DNA from: Mustelus asterias
Lineage: Eukaryota
Assembly (NCBI RefSeq): GCF_964213995.1
Contig: NC_135808.1
Location: 22,134,001 to 22,198,000, forward strand
Length of the DNA stretch: 64,000 bases
Direction of reading: 5' to 3'
The notes below the pieces were generated by a model. The model ran no database searches, was not told the DNA's origin, and worked only from the letters and a program-made list of their open reading frames with translations. Of the stretch, positions 49,233 to 61,896 are shown piece by piece (position 1 is the stretch's first letter; every line of letters begins with the position of its first letter). A program made the position numbers and the translations under genes.

Positions 49233-51329
49233 TTGTGGAAGTGCATATGTGTCTTACTAAAATAAAGGTGCTGAAAGAATATTGACATATTCCTTTTAGA
49301 CCCAGATATCAAAAATAATTCAGCCTTTGTCACTCCAGGCGGTCTTTTCCAATGCCCAATTACACCATTCACGCTAAAGTAAATAAACACCCCAACAACT
49401 TTTCACGTTGTAATGAACCATGTGGCAGCCAGTGTGTCCTAACTGTGTGACTTTCTCTGATGATATATCAATATACAGTGACACTTTGAAAGATCACTTG
49501 CAGCAGCTAGAAGCCCTGTTTCCAAAACTACGGCCAGCTGAAATGGAAATGAACACTTACCAAATGCGATTTTTTAGCAGGGCAGATAACGTGCCTAAGG
49601 GATATATAATCCCGACAAATGAATGAAGAGGTCGGCCATTCGGTCCATCAAGTCCGCACTGACTCTCGAGACAGCATCGAACCCCGGTTCCTCGCACTGT
49701 GAGGCAGTAGTAACCACCAAGGTGCCACTGCGCTCCCACCAATGGGAAACAACTTGGACTCGTTCGGGGTTTGAACACACGCCTCTTGCACATTCGCTCA
49801 TTGTGACACCCAAAGCGTGAATCACGCCCCCGGACCAACCAATCTTCCTTGATAGTGGCGTTAGGACAAGTTCTGCCAATAACAACAAGATTACTGGCAG
49901 TTGTGGCGGTCCATAACGCTCAGAAAGGGAGCGTGAGGATTCTATAGATTAGTGGAGATTTGTACCGAATTCCAGCACAACAGCCACTCAGTTCAAGGCC
50001 TTGCTACAAAAGAAATGCAAAGCATCGTGGACCTGATAGTTGTCAGTATCTTCTGAAAGGACACAAGCGCAGTGAACCAGTGTTCAAATTTCACCAAACC
50101 CTTCAAATTAACAACTGCTGTTGGTAACCAGGGAGTAGATGCATTCCTGTTGCAAAAAGATAGGTGCAGAATGGCCAGGGGGGACACTTTTCCAAAAAGC
50201 TAAATCAACACCAAGACAGATACTAAGTCAGAGAGAAGGAAGCCGTTGGTATGCTATTCGCTCTTGAACATGTTGAAGTGTATGTTTGCATGGATGCAGG
50301 GGGGCACTGGTATATACTGATCCCAACCCAGGGGTGTTTGTAGAAAAATAGAAACCAGAATGTCGGACTATTTTGATGGAGCTTATTACAGTCTTATCAC
50401 TTTAAAGAGTGTCTCCATTGCCGAAAGATTAACATAATTGATGATGCTGTAATTTAACTTTGCTTCGTATTGTCTAAAAGGCAAACTGATACAAAGAATG
50501 ACTATTAGTTTTGCATTAAAAATGAATGAATGAATGTGCTTTAGTGTTTTTCTCAGTGTACTCTGTGACGAAACACAAAAAGATAGTGTATCATTTCTCC
50601 AGGAAAGTTAGCGTCAAGAATGCATGCATCACATAAAATAGATAATCTTCAAAGTCTAAGAGCATTTTGGAAGCAGTTGTGTTTTCAAAAATCTTAAACA
50701 GATAACAGAAGGACTTCGGTTACTGAAGTTCGTGGAAAGTCAGCATTTACAAGGAAAGATAATTGAGCAGTTTTAAATAAGCCGGAAACGTCTCGGCTGT
50801 GGAAAACGCTTTACAAAAGTGACGGTTACGATTTTGAAAACGATAAAGAAATGCACAGAAAGCTGCTTCTTTTTCCTGAAGCTGGGACGCTGATTTTGCT
50901 CCATCGAGAAAGTGAGACTCAGATGTCTGAGTAAAGAATTAAAGAGCCCCTTAGTCTCCAGACACAGTCGAAAACAAACATCGAATGCCAATTGTTCCGC
51001 AGTTGCTTAATATTCTGAAAACCACTGATGCAAGTTTTCGACAGAGTTCATCCTGAAAAGCAATCATCGATTGTTTCCCTGACCAGCTCTGGAAGATCAG
51101 CCATATAATCTGGACACCATTCCAGGGACTCCACGTTCATCCTTGTCTGTCAAACCATTGACTTTTAGCATTTTGAAGAATGCCTCTTCATTTCAGTATT
51201 TATTCCCTGTTAGTATTCCCATGAGTTAGTATTTAGAGGGACTAATTATTACTCATTTCACGGTCCAAATTGTACATTTCTATGCTTTACGTTTCAGTCG
51301 TAACAACATCCCCTTCACAGCACAGATCC

Positions 51330-51810
51330 TACCTCGTTTTGCAGCAACATTAAATTTGGAAATAAGACATTTGCAACCTTCTTCTTGATATGTAGATTGT
51401 GAACGGATGTGGCCCAGCACTGGCCCTTGTGTTCTGCCATCCTGTCATCCTGGGAATGACCCATTTATTCCTAATCTTTGTTTCCTCTCTCAGTCCGTAC
51501 CAGTCACTGCAATGACTTTATAAACACTATCCCCATAAACCATTACCTTTTTCTTAGTCAGATATTCATCAATCTCTGTTTTAAACATGCACAGTTACTG
51601 ACCTCCAATAGCCCAAAGAATGTCATCCCTCAGTGTCAAGAAGTTGATCGATATCTCCGTTCTAAGTTGCATCTGCCTTATTTTTAAATTATGCCCCCTG
51701 GTTTAAGTCTGCCCAATCCAAGCGAAAAATACTCTCTGCATCAAACCTGTCAATTAATTTAAGTGTTTGGACATTTTAATGAGATCACATCTCAGTGTTC
51801 TCGTTCTCAG
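51330..51810 (-). mobile_element. Very old CR1 3' fragment
   Basis: Degenerate ttaaattatgccccctggtt and ttttaatgagatcacatctcag motifs. Confidence 0.45.
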
Positions 51811-52224
51811 CGAGAGAACAAGAGCGAGAAAGGGAGAGATAGAGAGATGGGTGGATGGAGTGAGAACCTGCAAATGGAACGACAAAGACGAGTTTTGGAG
51901 TGAAGCAGAGGGATTCCTTTCCCGGTGACCCGGCCAGTAATTCACCCCAATTAACATCACCTCAAACAAATTCTCAGCTGATCTGGTTGTTCCCCCTTTG
52001 TTGTTTTTGGTAACTTCATGGCAACGTTTAAATGTTCAATCTAACTGAGAAATGTCCGTGGAGGCCTTGGGTTCGGACTTCTGAATGATCTCGCAGTAGA
52101 ACCTCTGGGGCACGTCTCTCTTCTGACCATCTGGGCTGAATGGAGCCTCAGTTTCCCTTTTCACTCAGGCTGCAACAGAATCATTACAAGCTTTGAAACC
52201 ACAGATTCAGCTAAATATTTTCTC

Positions 52225-53420
52225 TTGTTGGAGATGGACACTGCTGGGCAGTTGTGTACTAAGAATATCACTTGCCAATTTTCAGATCAATGCTGCATAT
52301 TGTCCGTGTCTTGCTGCAGGTGGACGCGGACCTGTTCATTTCATGAGGTGTTGCAAACGGTGCTGAACATTGTGCAGTTATCAAAGAGCATTCCCACTTC
52401 TTTTGCAAATTCGTTGGAGATGGTTGGTCCTTGGACACTGTTCAGATTAACAACAGGAGCGGTGTTGTGGGTCTGAGATGATTGGCCTCCAAGGACCACA
52501 ACCATCTTCAATTGTGCCAGGTCTGAGTCCAACAAACGGATGATTTATTTTCCCCTGATTCCGATTATTCCAGTTCTGCTGGTGCTCCTTGATATCTTAC
52601 TCAGTCTAATGCTGCCTTGACGTCAAGAGCAGTTACTCTCACCTCACCAATTAATGTGGATCTTGTCTCTGTTTGCATGAGGTCAGTAATGAGGTCAGGA
52701 CCTGAATGGTCCTGGCAGCACCCAAGTGAGCATTATTGAGCAGGTTGTTCATCTGTAAGTGCTGCGTGATAAGACTGTTTCTGACACCTTCTACCACACT
52801 TCTGATGATGGAGAACATGCCAAGGAGTTCATTATATTCAACCTGTCCTGCTTTCCATGGACCGGGCACACCTAGCCAATTTCCCACCTGGTCTGCTGTT
52901 TGCCAGCATTTAATTGCAGTGTATCAGGTTGGCTTGGACAAGCATTTCGTTCTGGAGCAGCATCCTTCATTCTACTGCTGAGATGTAGCAGGGCCCAAAG
53001 GCTTTGTATCATCCAGTACCCTCAGCATCTTTGCTGACATTCTTTCTGTGAATTGAATTGGCTAAAGATTCACAGGTGCAACGCTGAGGTTTCGTAGGTG
53101 ATGAATTGTCTATAAGGCCGATCTGGGTGAAGATGGTTGCAAATGCTTCATCATTATCGTTTGTGCTGATATATTGTGCTCGCCCCGTCATGAGGAACAG
53201 GATGGCCCCGCACATGTTCGATGGTCGGACCCTTGCAATCCCCCAAAACATGTGCTGCGGGATCGAAATGTCTCCTCCCCCCTCCAAATTCTGCAATGTT
53301 GGAATGTAATCGGTGATAACGTTGCATCTGTTGTAATGTGACCCATGATAACAAGCTGTAAGGGTCAGCGGACCCAATAAACCATGTAACCAAGTACAGA
53401 AGGATGTGATGGTCAGCTGA
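52225..53420 (-). mobile_element. Old non-LTR retrotransposon (CR1-group) RT fragment
   Basis: LAQLKMVVVLGGQSS...SVQGPTI...EVGMLFDNCTMFS (degenerate QGSVLGP and FADD) and SIIRSVVEGV...HLQMNNLLNNAH. Confidence 0.65.
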
Positions 53421-54519
53421 CCAGCTGACTCAATATAAATAAGAATCTGTTGGGAATTGTCAGATTGCTTGGAATGGCCCAGGTTGAGGCCTTAAGTATT
53501 GTTACATTTTTATTGTCTACACTGGAAGAGTTCCTTCTGGATCAACAAAAAAGAGCTGCACAGGAAATGCCCAGTACTTTAAACTCCCATTCGACAATTA
53601 GCCAACACCTGGAATCATCCCAGTCTCCATTTTGAATCGGAGTCTGCATATGGTTCAGATTTAGTCAGCCAGGAAATGTTAGAAGAATCACTACCACTTC
53701 CAATTCTTCATAGCAATGGTGATCCGATTACCCCACCTCCCAACCCTGTGACAATCCGACTCGTATTCCCACTGACAATCCCACCTCTCCTCGTCTGCAT
53801 GACAACCTGACCATCTGATTTCCACGATATCCCACCTCCATGCACCCTCTGACTACTCATGCCCCTGAGCACACAACCTCCTAAGCTGCAAGACTAGCCT
53901 CCAATAACCCCATTCCTGATGTCCCCCTAATCAACGGACTCATTCCACTTACTTACCTTACATACTTAAATTCTTACCTGTCAAAGAGGGTGGAAGTTAC
54001 AGATTTTCAGCAGATGATGCCATAAAAACGGAATATGGATTGGTTGAGGATACAGGCGAAATCAATTATCTCCAAAAACCTAATACGCAGGATAATATGT
54101 ATAATAAAATGGTTGGCATTCGCAGCATTCAGTCTTTTAAACAAATATTGTTTCTATCTGAGCAGGTATGAGTTGTTGAGTGGAGGTGGAGAAAAGCATG
54201 TTCTGGCGCTTCCTTTAACTGCCCATTTACATTGCCGGGACTGGAAGATCTCACCAGCGTCAAGGGCTCGAACATCGAGCCCTGTGGCTTCTCTTCCCCA
54301 TCACGTCCTGTAGGGAAACTTGTAATGATGTTCCTCCCCCATCCGTGTCCAAACACCGAGCTCTTCCTCTCCACCATCACCACGACCGCAGGTATTTTTA
54401 TATCCTCAGTGATTCCTGATATCATTCAGTTGATTGAAAACTCGGGGTAAATGTTCCAATCACGAAGTGTAAGTTCTAGGACTTACCTCTGTCCTGCTCT
54501 GAATTGTTGTGATAATTAA

Positions 54520-55368
54520 GTCATTGAATAATGGATGTAAATGGCTATTTCAGTGCACTCTTGAACTGCTCCCTCAACTTGAGATGAGTTAACCCAGAAG
54601 TAAATCCAACAATATAACTTCAGAAGTATAACACGAACATCTGCAAGGAAGATTACTGGAACACACATGGTGAACTCCTCTGATAATATAATCTAAGAAA
54701 TGTATAACATACAATCACCACGAAGTGTAAAGCTGCCAGATATGCTGAAGAGTAATATCATAGACTTCCTCCGACTCTCCATCTCTGGGTCACTGCCATT
54801 CTCTCCATTGTTCTGACCTCTCAGTCCCCTGCAGGCTCGACGGGTGACCAGAATGTACCTGACTGTCAGAGCGTTGAGCAACAGAACTGAAATATATGGG
54901 GTCAATGGTTTTAAGATTTTATCAAACAAGCATAAGCCACCCATCCAGGATCAGTACAATAACTTGGCTTTTCAATGCAGAACCAGGGAACATTTCAATT
55001 ATCTCTCCAGGTTCAAATCTAAAGTACATGGGAATATCTTTTAAACAAAGCAGAATGCAAGTTGTTGATAGAACCACGGCTGCAGTTTTCTCAGTACAAT
55101 AATTTCTAACAGCAAGTGACCATACAAATCGATCAAATGAGAACATGACAGTGAATTTAATCAGAACATCCTGCAGCCGCATGAACACACACGGGGGTGA
55201 TTTCTCGGAAAGATGCTGCAAAATGATAAAAAAAAACAATGCGACACGGTATGACTGCAGTGATAATGACCAGTAGACGCACTGTTGCCATAATGGCCAA
55301 GTAACCAGTGGTGCAGGTGGAGAAGCCACATTTTCCCCGGGACAGGACCGAAATCGCCATTACATTAA
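54520..55368 (-). pseudogene. GPR139-like gene 3, exon 2 (heavily decayed; exon 1 not found in this window)
   Basis: Acceptor tttctcttccag| at 55369. VNVMAISVLSRGKCGFSTCTT, FTVMFSFDRFV, YCTEKTAAVVLSTTCILLCLKDIP, LLLNALTVRYILVT, DPEMESRRKSMILLFSISGSF and KLREQFKS are spread over several frames, with stops. Confidence 0.88.
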
Positions 55369-55579
55369 CTGGAAGAGAAAGAAGAAACTATATTGATCAG
55401 TCTCCATGCCCGATGGTTGAAGTCGAATCTGGTATTAAGGTGTTAATAATTACCTTACGTATCTGTCTCCGTCCACTTTTGGTTACGTGGGTGATGGGGA
55501 AGGGTGAAGCAGCCCAAACTGTTCAACATTTTAATTAGGTTGGCAGGCAGTAATATAATCTATCCCACAGATATAGACA

Positions 55580-58500
55580 CAGAGAAACATAGGAGATAGG
55601 AGCAGGAGGAGGCCATTTGACCCTTTGAGCCTGCTCCGCCATTCATTAAGATCATGGCTGAATAATGGATGTAAATGGATATTTCAGTGCACTCTTGAAC
55701 TGCTCCCTAAACTTGAGATGAGTTAACCCATAAGTAAATCCAACAATATAACTTCAGAAGCATAACACGAACATCTGCAAGGCAGATTACTGGAACACAC
55801 ATGGTGAACTCCTCTGATAATATAATCTAAGAAATGTATAACATACAATCACCACAAAGTGTAAAGCTGCCAGATATGCTCAATAGCCTAATCCTGCTTT
55901 TTCCCCATAAACTTTGATCCCATTTACCCCAAGTGCTATATCCAGCCGCCTCTTGGATGCATTCAATGTTTTGGCATCAACAGCTTCCTGCGCTAATGAA
56001 TTCCATGGGCTCATCATTCTTTGGGTGAAGAAATGTCTCCTCACCTCCTTCCTAATTCGTCTACACTGAATCCTCAGACTGTGACCCCTGGTTCTGGATT
56101 CCCCCACCGTCGGGAATATCCTCCCTGCATCTATCATGTCTTGTCCTGTTAGAATTTTCTAAGTCTCTATGAGATCCCCTCTCATTCGTCTCAACACCAG
56201 CGAAAATACTCCTAACCTAATCAATCTCTCCTCATATATCAGTCCCGCCATCCCCAGAATCAGCCTGGTAAACCTTCGCTGCACTCCCTCGAGAGCAAGA
56301 ACATCCTTCCTCTGAAAAGGAGACCAAAACTGCACACAGTCCTCTACGTACGGCCTCACCAAGGTCCTGTATAGTTCCAAAAACACATCCCTGCTTTTGT
56401 ACTCGAAACCTCTCGCAATGAAGGTCAACATACTATTGGCGTCTTTACTGCCAGCTGCACCTGCATGCCTACCTTCAGTGACTGGTGCACAAAGACACCC
56501 AGGTCCTGCTGCATACTCCCGTCTCCTAATTTACAGCCATTTAGCCAGTAATCTGCCTTCTTGTTTTTGCTTCCAAAGTGAATAACCTCACGTGTATCCA
56601 AATTATACTGTTTCTGCCATTTATTATCCCACTCACCCAACCTGTCCAGATCATTCTGAAGTATCTGTGCATCCTCGTCACAGTTCACCCTCCCACCCAA
56701 CTTGGTATCATCTGCAAATTTTGAGATGTTACATTTTGTTTCCTTTTCCAATTCATTAATATATATTGTGAATATCTGGGGTCCCAGCATCGACCCCTGT
56801 GACACCCCAATTGTTACTGCCTGCCAATTTGAAAAACACGCATTAATTCCTACTCCTTGTTTACTCTCTGCCAACCAGTTTTCTTTCCATCTCAATACAC
56901 TTCGTCCAAAGCCATACACTTTAATTTTGCATGATAATCTCTTGGGCAAGACTTCGTCAAACGCTTTCTGAAAGTCCAAATATACCAAATCTACTGGTTC
57001 TCCCTTGTCAACTCTACTCGTTACATCTTCAAAAGATTCCAACATATTTGTCAAGTATGATTTCTCCTTCATAAATCCGTGCAGACTCTGTCTGATCCTG
57101 CCACTGCTTTCGAATGCTCTGCTATAAAATCCTTGAGAATGAAATCGAGAAGTTTCCCCACCAACGATGTTAAGCTTACTGGTCTATAATTCCCTGCTTT
57201 CTCTCTACCTCCCTTTTGGAATATTGGAGTGACATTCGCTACCCTTCAACCTGCAGGGACTGTTCCAGAGTCTAATGAATCTTGGAAGATGACCACACAT
57301 GCATCCACCATTTCTAGAGCCGCTTCCTTAAGTACTCTGGGGTGTAGATTATCAGGCCCTGGGGATTTGTCCGCCTTCAATCCCATCAACTTTCCCAGTA
57401 CCATTTCTCTACTAATATTGATCACCCTCAGTTCTTCCCTCTCATTAAATCTTGCATTCTCCAACATTTCTGGCATCTGATTTGTGTCCTCTTTTGTGAA
57501 GACAGAACCAAAGAATGTATTCAGTTGCTCGGCCATTTCTTTGTTCCCTATTATACATTCCCCTCTTTCTGTCTGTAGGGGACCTAGATTTGTCTTCACC
57601 AACCTCTTTCTCTTCACATACCTATAAAAACTCTTAGTGTCAGTCTTTATGTTCCCTGCAAGCTTACTTTCGTACTGTATTTTCCCCTTCTTAATCAATC
57701 TCTTGGTCCGACTTTGCTAAATTCTAAACTGCTCCCAATCCTCAGACCTATTGTTTTTCTTGGCCAATCTGTATGCTTCTTCCTTAGATGGGATACTCTC
57801 TCTAATTCCCTTGGTAAGCCATGGATTGACCCTCTTACGCATTTTGCTTTTGTGCCAGACAGGAATAAGCAGTTGCTGCAGTTCCTTGAATGTTTGCCAT
57901 TGCCTATCCACTGTCATCCCTTTAAGTAACTCTCCCCAATCTGTCAAGGCCAACTCATGCCTCGTATCCTCATAGTTTCGTTTCGAAAGATTCAGCACCC
58001 TATTCTCCAAATCAACTCCTTCACTCTCCATCTTGATAAAAAATTTCATCATGTTATAATCGCTCATCTCAAAGGGGTCTTGTGCAGCTCGGTTGGCAAT
58101 GAGTCCCTTCTCATTACACAGCTCCCAGTCTACGATGGCCTGCTCTCTAGTTGGTTCCTCCACATATTGGCCAAGAAAACTATCCCGTACATACTCCAAT
58201 AATTCCGCCTCTACGGCACTGTGGCTAACTTGATTTGCCCAATCTTTGTGCAGATTAATATCAGCCATGATCACCGATATTCCCTTATCACATGCATCAC
58301 TAATTTCATGTTTAATGCCATTCTCAACATCACCACTGCAGTTTGGGGGTCTATACATGACACCCACTAATGTTTTTTGCCTCTTGGTATTTCTCAACTC
58401 TACCCATACAGACATTGTCAGAGCCAATATCCTTACTCACTATTTTGTTAATTTCCTCTTTCACCAGCAGTGCCACTCCACCACCTTTTCCTTTATGCCT

Positions 58501-59750
58501 GTCCTTCCTAAATGCTGAATATTCCAGGACATTCAGTTGCCATCTCTGGTCACCTTGCAGCCATGGTTCCGTAACCCTAATGATATTGTACCTGTTTACA
58601 TCTAGCTGGGCGATTGTGCATCCACTTTATTGTAAATGCTCCACGCACGAAGGCACAGCGCCTCTACGCTTGTCTTCTTAACATTGCTTGTGTTAGTTTT
58701 GATCCCAGTATTTTTCTCTATAGCCCTGTTCGAACTTTTTCCTTGGTTTCTCTGCCTATCACTTTTCTCATTCCCTTTTCTACCTTTCGTTTTTGCCCTT
58801 GCTCCCTCCTTCTCTGATTCCTTACATAGTTTCCCATCCCCCTGGCTATTAGATTAAACCCACCCCAACCGCTCTCGCAAACACTCCCCCTTGGACATCA
58901 GTCTCAGTGCTGCCGAGAAGTAACCCGTCCAATTTGTACAGGCCCCCCAGAACTGTTCCCAGTGCCCCTGGAATCTGAAATCCTCCCACTGACACGATCT
59001 CTTAAGCCACGAGTTTATCAGAAATACCCTGTCATTTCTGCTCTGACTAGCACGTGACACCGGTACTTATGCTGAGGTCACTACCTTTGAGGTCCGATTT
59101 CTTAACTTTTTACCGAGCTCCCTGCATTCTGCTTTTAGGACCTCATCCTTTTACTTTAACCTATGTCGTTTGGACCAACGTGTACTACGACCACTGGCTG
59201 CTTGCCCTCCCCCTTCAGAATGCGCTGTAGCCGCTCCAAGACATCCTTGACGCTAGTACGAGGGAGGCAACATACCATCGTGGAGCCTCGCATGCGGCCA
59301 CAGAAACGCCTGTCTATCTCCCTTACAATTGAATCCCCTATAAATATTGCACTGGCACACTTTTTACCCCTCTCCTTTGTAGCAGAAGCAACCATGGTGC
59401 AACGAGTTTAGCTGCTGCTGATTTACCTAGAGAGGTCATTCCCCTCAACAGTATCCAAAGCGATATATCTGTTTTACAGAGGAATGGCCACAGGAGATTC
59501 CTGCACTTCCTGCCTATCTCTCTTGCTGTGTGTGGTGGTCATCCATTTCTCCCCTGCCGATGGAGTCTGAGCCTGCGGTGTGCCAACCTCTCTATACGTG
59601 CTATCCACGATACGTTCTGACTCGTAGATGCTCTATATATTGTCTCCAGCCACTGCTCCAGCTCTGAAACTTGAGCTTACAAGAACTGTAGCTGGAGACA
59701 CTTCCTGCACACATGCTGAAGCAGGGGACAGGAACTGTCCCCAATATAAG
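55580..59750 (-). mobile_element. Near-full-length CR1 LINE in the gene 3 intron
   Basis: HVCRKCLQLQ zinc finger (about 59660-59715); IFIGDSIVR...CLPR...VVVHVGPND esterase (59156..59395); APE VGVMYRPPN and SDYNM; RT LDFQKAFD, QGSMLGP and KFADDTK; 3' UTR and tail at about 55580-55660. Confidence 0.93.
55659..55880 (-). repeat. 222-bp direct copy of the gene 3 TM6-to-helix-8 segment (source 54525..54746), embedded in a CR1 3' UTR
   Basis: tgaataatggatgtaaatgg...gtaaagctgccagatatgct matches 54525..54746 with only a few substitutions. Confidence 0.93.
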
Positions 59751-59839
59751 TCATCATGGTCCCCAGGCCTCATACAATGAAACAGCCCTCACCCTCAATG
59801 GTGCATCCCAGAACATTAATGCTCAAGTCTATCTATTTG

Positions 59840-60175
59840 TTATTCATTCATGGGATGTGAGCTTTGTTTGCTGGGTCAGCATTTATTGCCCATCACTAAT
59901 TGCCCTTCGGCTCGGTGCCTTGAGACGCCACATCAGAGAGCATTTTAAGAGTCAACATCATTGCTGCGATGCTGGAGTTATATGGAGGGCCAACCAATAA
60001 AGACAGCTGATTTCTTCTGATAAAGATCATTAGTGAACCAGATGTATTTCTAACCACAATCTTTTCATGGTTATCATTGCACTTTTAATTGCAGATGTTC
60101 CTTGAATTCAAATTTGATCATCTGCGATGGCAGAATTTAAACTCAGGTCCCCTTTGTCGCTGGTCCAGTGACATC
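59840..60175 (-). mobile_element. SacSINE1/DeuSINE-like SINE
   Basis: tattcattcatgggatgtg...cagcatttattgcccatc...cattagtgaaccagatg...gaattcaaattt. Confidence 0.6.
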
Positions 60176-60407
60176 ACAACTTCATAACGTCATCACTAAA
60201 GTAAAATAAAGTTACTGAGTAAATATATAAATGAAAGTGAAATATTAAAATTACTCCTTGGACCAAGCAGCATGTGTGGATATAAAAATGGAGTTAACAT
60301 TTCAGATCGAATATCTTTCATCAGTAATTAGAAATTGCAGGGCTTTGAAGCAATGAACTAGCCAGATAAATATGAAGTATGGGGAGCATAGAACAAAGGG
60401 GAAGAAG

Positions 60408-60725
60408 GGTGACACGGTGGCACAGTGGTCAGCACTGCTGCTGCACAGCACCAGGGACTGGGGTTCAATTCCGATCTCACATGACTTTGTGGTGGTTTCA
60501 CATTCTCCCCCTGTTTGCGTGTGTTGCCTCTGGGTGCTCCAGTTTCCTCACACACGCCAATGAGGTGTGGATGAGTTTGATAGGCCGTGGTAAAATGACC
60601 CTTAGTGTCAGGAGGATTGACAGGGTAAATACATGGGATTACGGATATCGGTCCTCGGTTGAATTGTTGCCGGTGCAGGCTTGATGGGACGAATGGCCTC
60701 CTTCCGCACTGTAGAGATTTTATGA
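60408..60725 (+). mobile_element. HE1 SINE (older)
   Basis: Head, V-domain and tail. Confidence 0.85.
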
Positions 60726-61189
60726 TACCAATGATTGCATGATCTTTGATGGACTGGAGGCCAGCAGTGATTGAATGACAAAGGAATAATAGTGTAATGT
60801 GAATGGTCCAATGAAAATAACTGAAGATGTTTGGAAAGAAGGTCTAAACGCTTCTGAAGGAACATCAGAGGGTGGTGAAGACGTCTCTAATAGGCAGGGA
60901 ACGTGATGGAGAAAGTTATGGATTTTTTTTTCAGCCTGCAGTCCATGTGCAGTGAGTGACTCCCCATCTTGAGCATCAATCCAGCCCTCCTCCACTATTT
61001 TGGGCGTTTTTCTCCGATCAGTAAATAAATCTCAGTAATAGATGTGGAAAACGAATAGAGTTTCATAGGGTCTCAGTGATGGTGACCAAGAAACTACAAC
61101 CGATCATTGCAGAGGCATATCTGCTTCATTAATATACTTTAGGGTAGGAATACTGCCATCCTTACTTGGTCTGGTCCTGATGTTCTTCA

Positions 61190-61896
61190 TTTGCGGAGCA
61201 ACACAGAAGTATCCTTTCCGGATGTCACAGTTTGGTATGGCTCCTTCTCTGATCAAGACCGCAAGGAACTCCAAAATGTTGTGAATATAGCCGAATACAT
61301 CATGCAATCCAGCCTCCAATTCATTGACTGCGTCTACACTTCCCGCTGCCTCGGCAAAGCAGCCAGCAGAATTAAGGACGCCCATGCTCCCCCGACATTC
61401 TCTCTTCCACCTTCTTCCGTCGGGAAAAAGACAAATAAAGTCTCAGTCACATAAGTACAGCTTCTTCCCTGCTGCTGTCAAAGTTTTGAATGGACTTAGC
61501 TTGCATTAAGTTGATTTTCCTCTACATTCTAACTCTGACTGTAAAAATTCATTCTGAACTCTCTTGTTTACTTCTCTATGAGCAGTATGTTTTGTCTGTA
61601 TAGCGCGCAAGAAACAATACTTTTCACTGTATTTTAATACATGTGACAATAATAAATCAAATCAAAAGGACAGCTTTTCCCTGATGCCATCACACTTTTG
61701 AATGGACCGATCACATATTTAGTTGATCGTTCTCAACACCCTCGGTATGACTGTAGCGTAATATTCTGCACCAAGTCGTTTCCTGCTCCCCTACGTACTC
61801 TATGAACGGTATGCTTTGGATGTATCGTGCGTAAGAAACAATACTTTCCACTGAATACTAATACATGTGACCATAATCAGATGAAATCAAATCAAA
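61190..61896 (+). mobile_element. Rex1/Babar LINE 3' end followed by a second 3' UTR copy
   Basis: TVWYGS...DRKELQNVV...YTSRCLGKAA and SLFHLLPSGKR (DUF1891-type C-terminus). (ATCAA)n tails end at about 61666 and 61896. Confidence 0.8.

Larger units (their letters stand above)
46930..51305 (+). mobile_element. Decayed Gypsy LTR retrotransposon with INT-RT-RH order (Gmr1-like), with nested SINE/LINE pieces
   Basis: Integrase RYGLPIDVHSDQCSNF...SSAYRPHAQGAL (47230-47430). RT MLENHLIESS, MLKPDGSARF, SAFVTPGGLFQ and FSDDISIYS (48900-49560). RNase H FTKPFKL, FSKKLNQHQDRY, EKEA and VYTDPNP (50090-50450). LTR-like tail ending cgtaaca at 51305. The 5' boundary is approximate. Confidence 0.8.

Noticed and set aside
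54263-54283. 9-bp-stem hairpin agggctcga-aca-tcgagccct downstream of gene 3
   Set aside because: It is short enough to arise by chance in 64 kb and has no supporting context.
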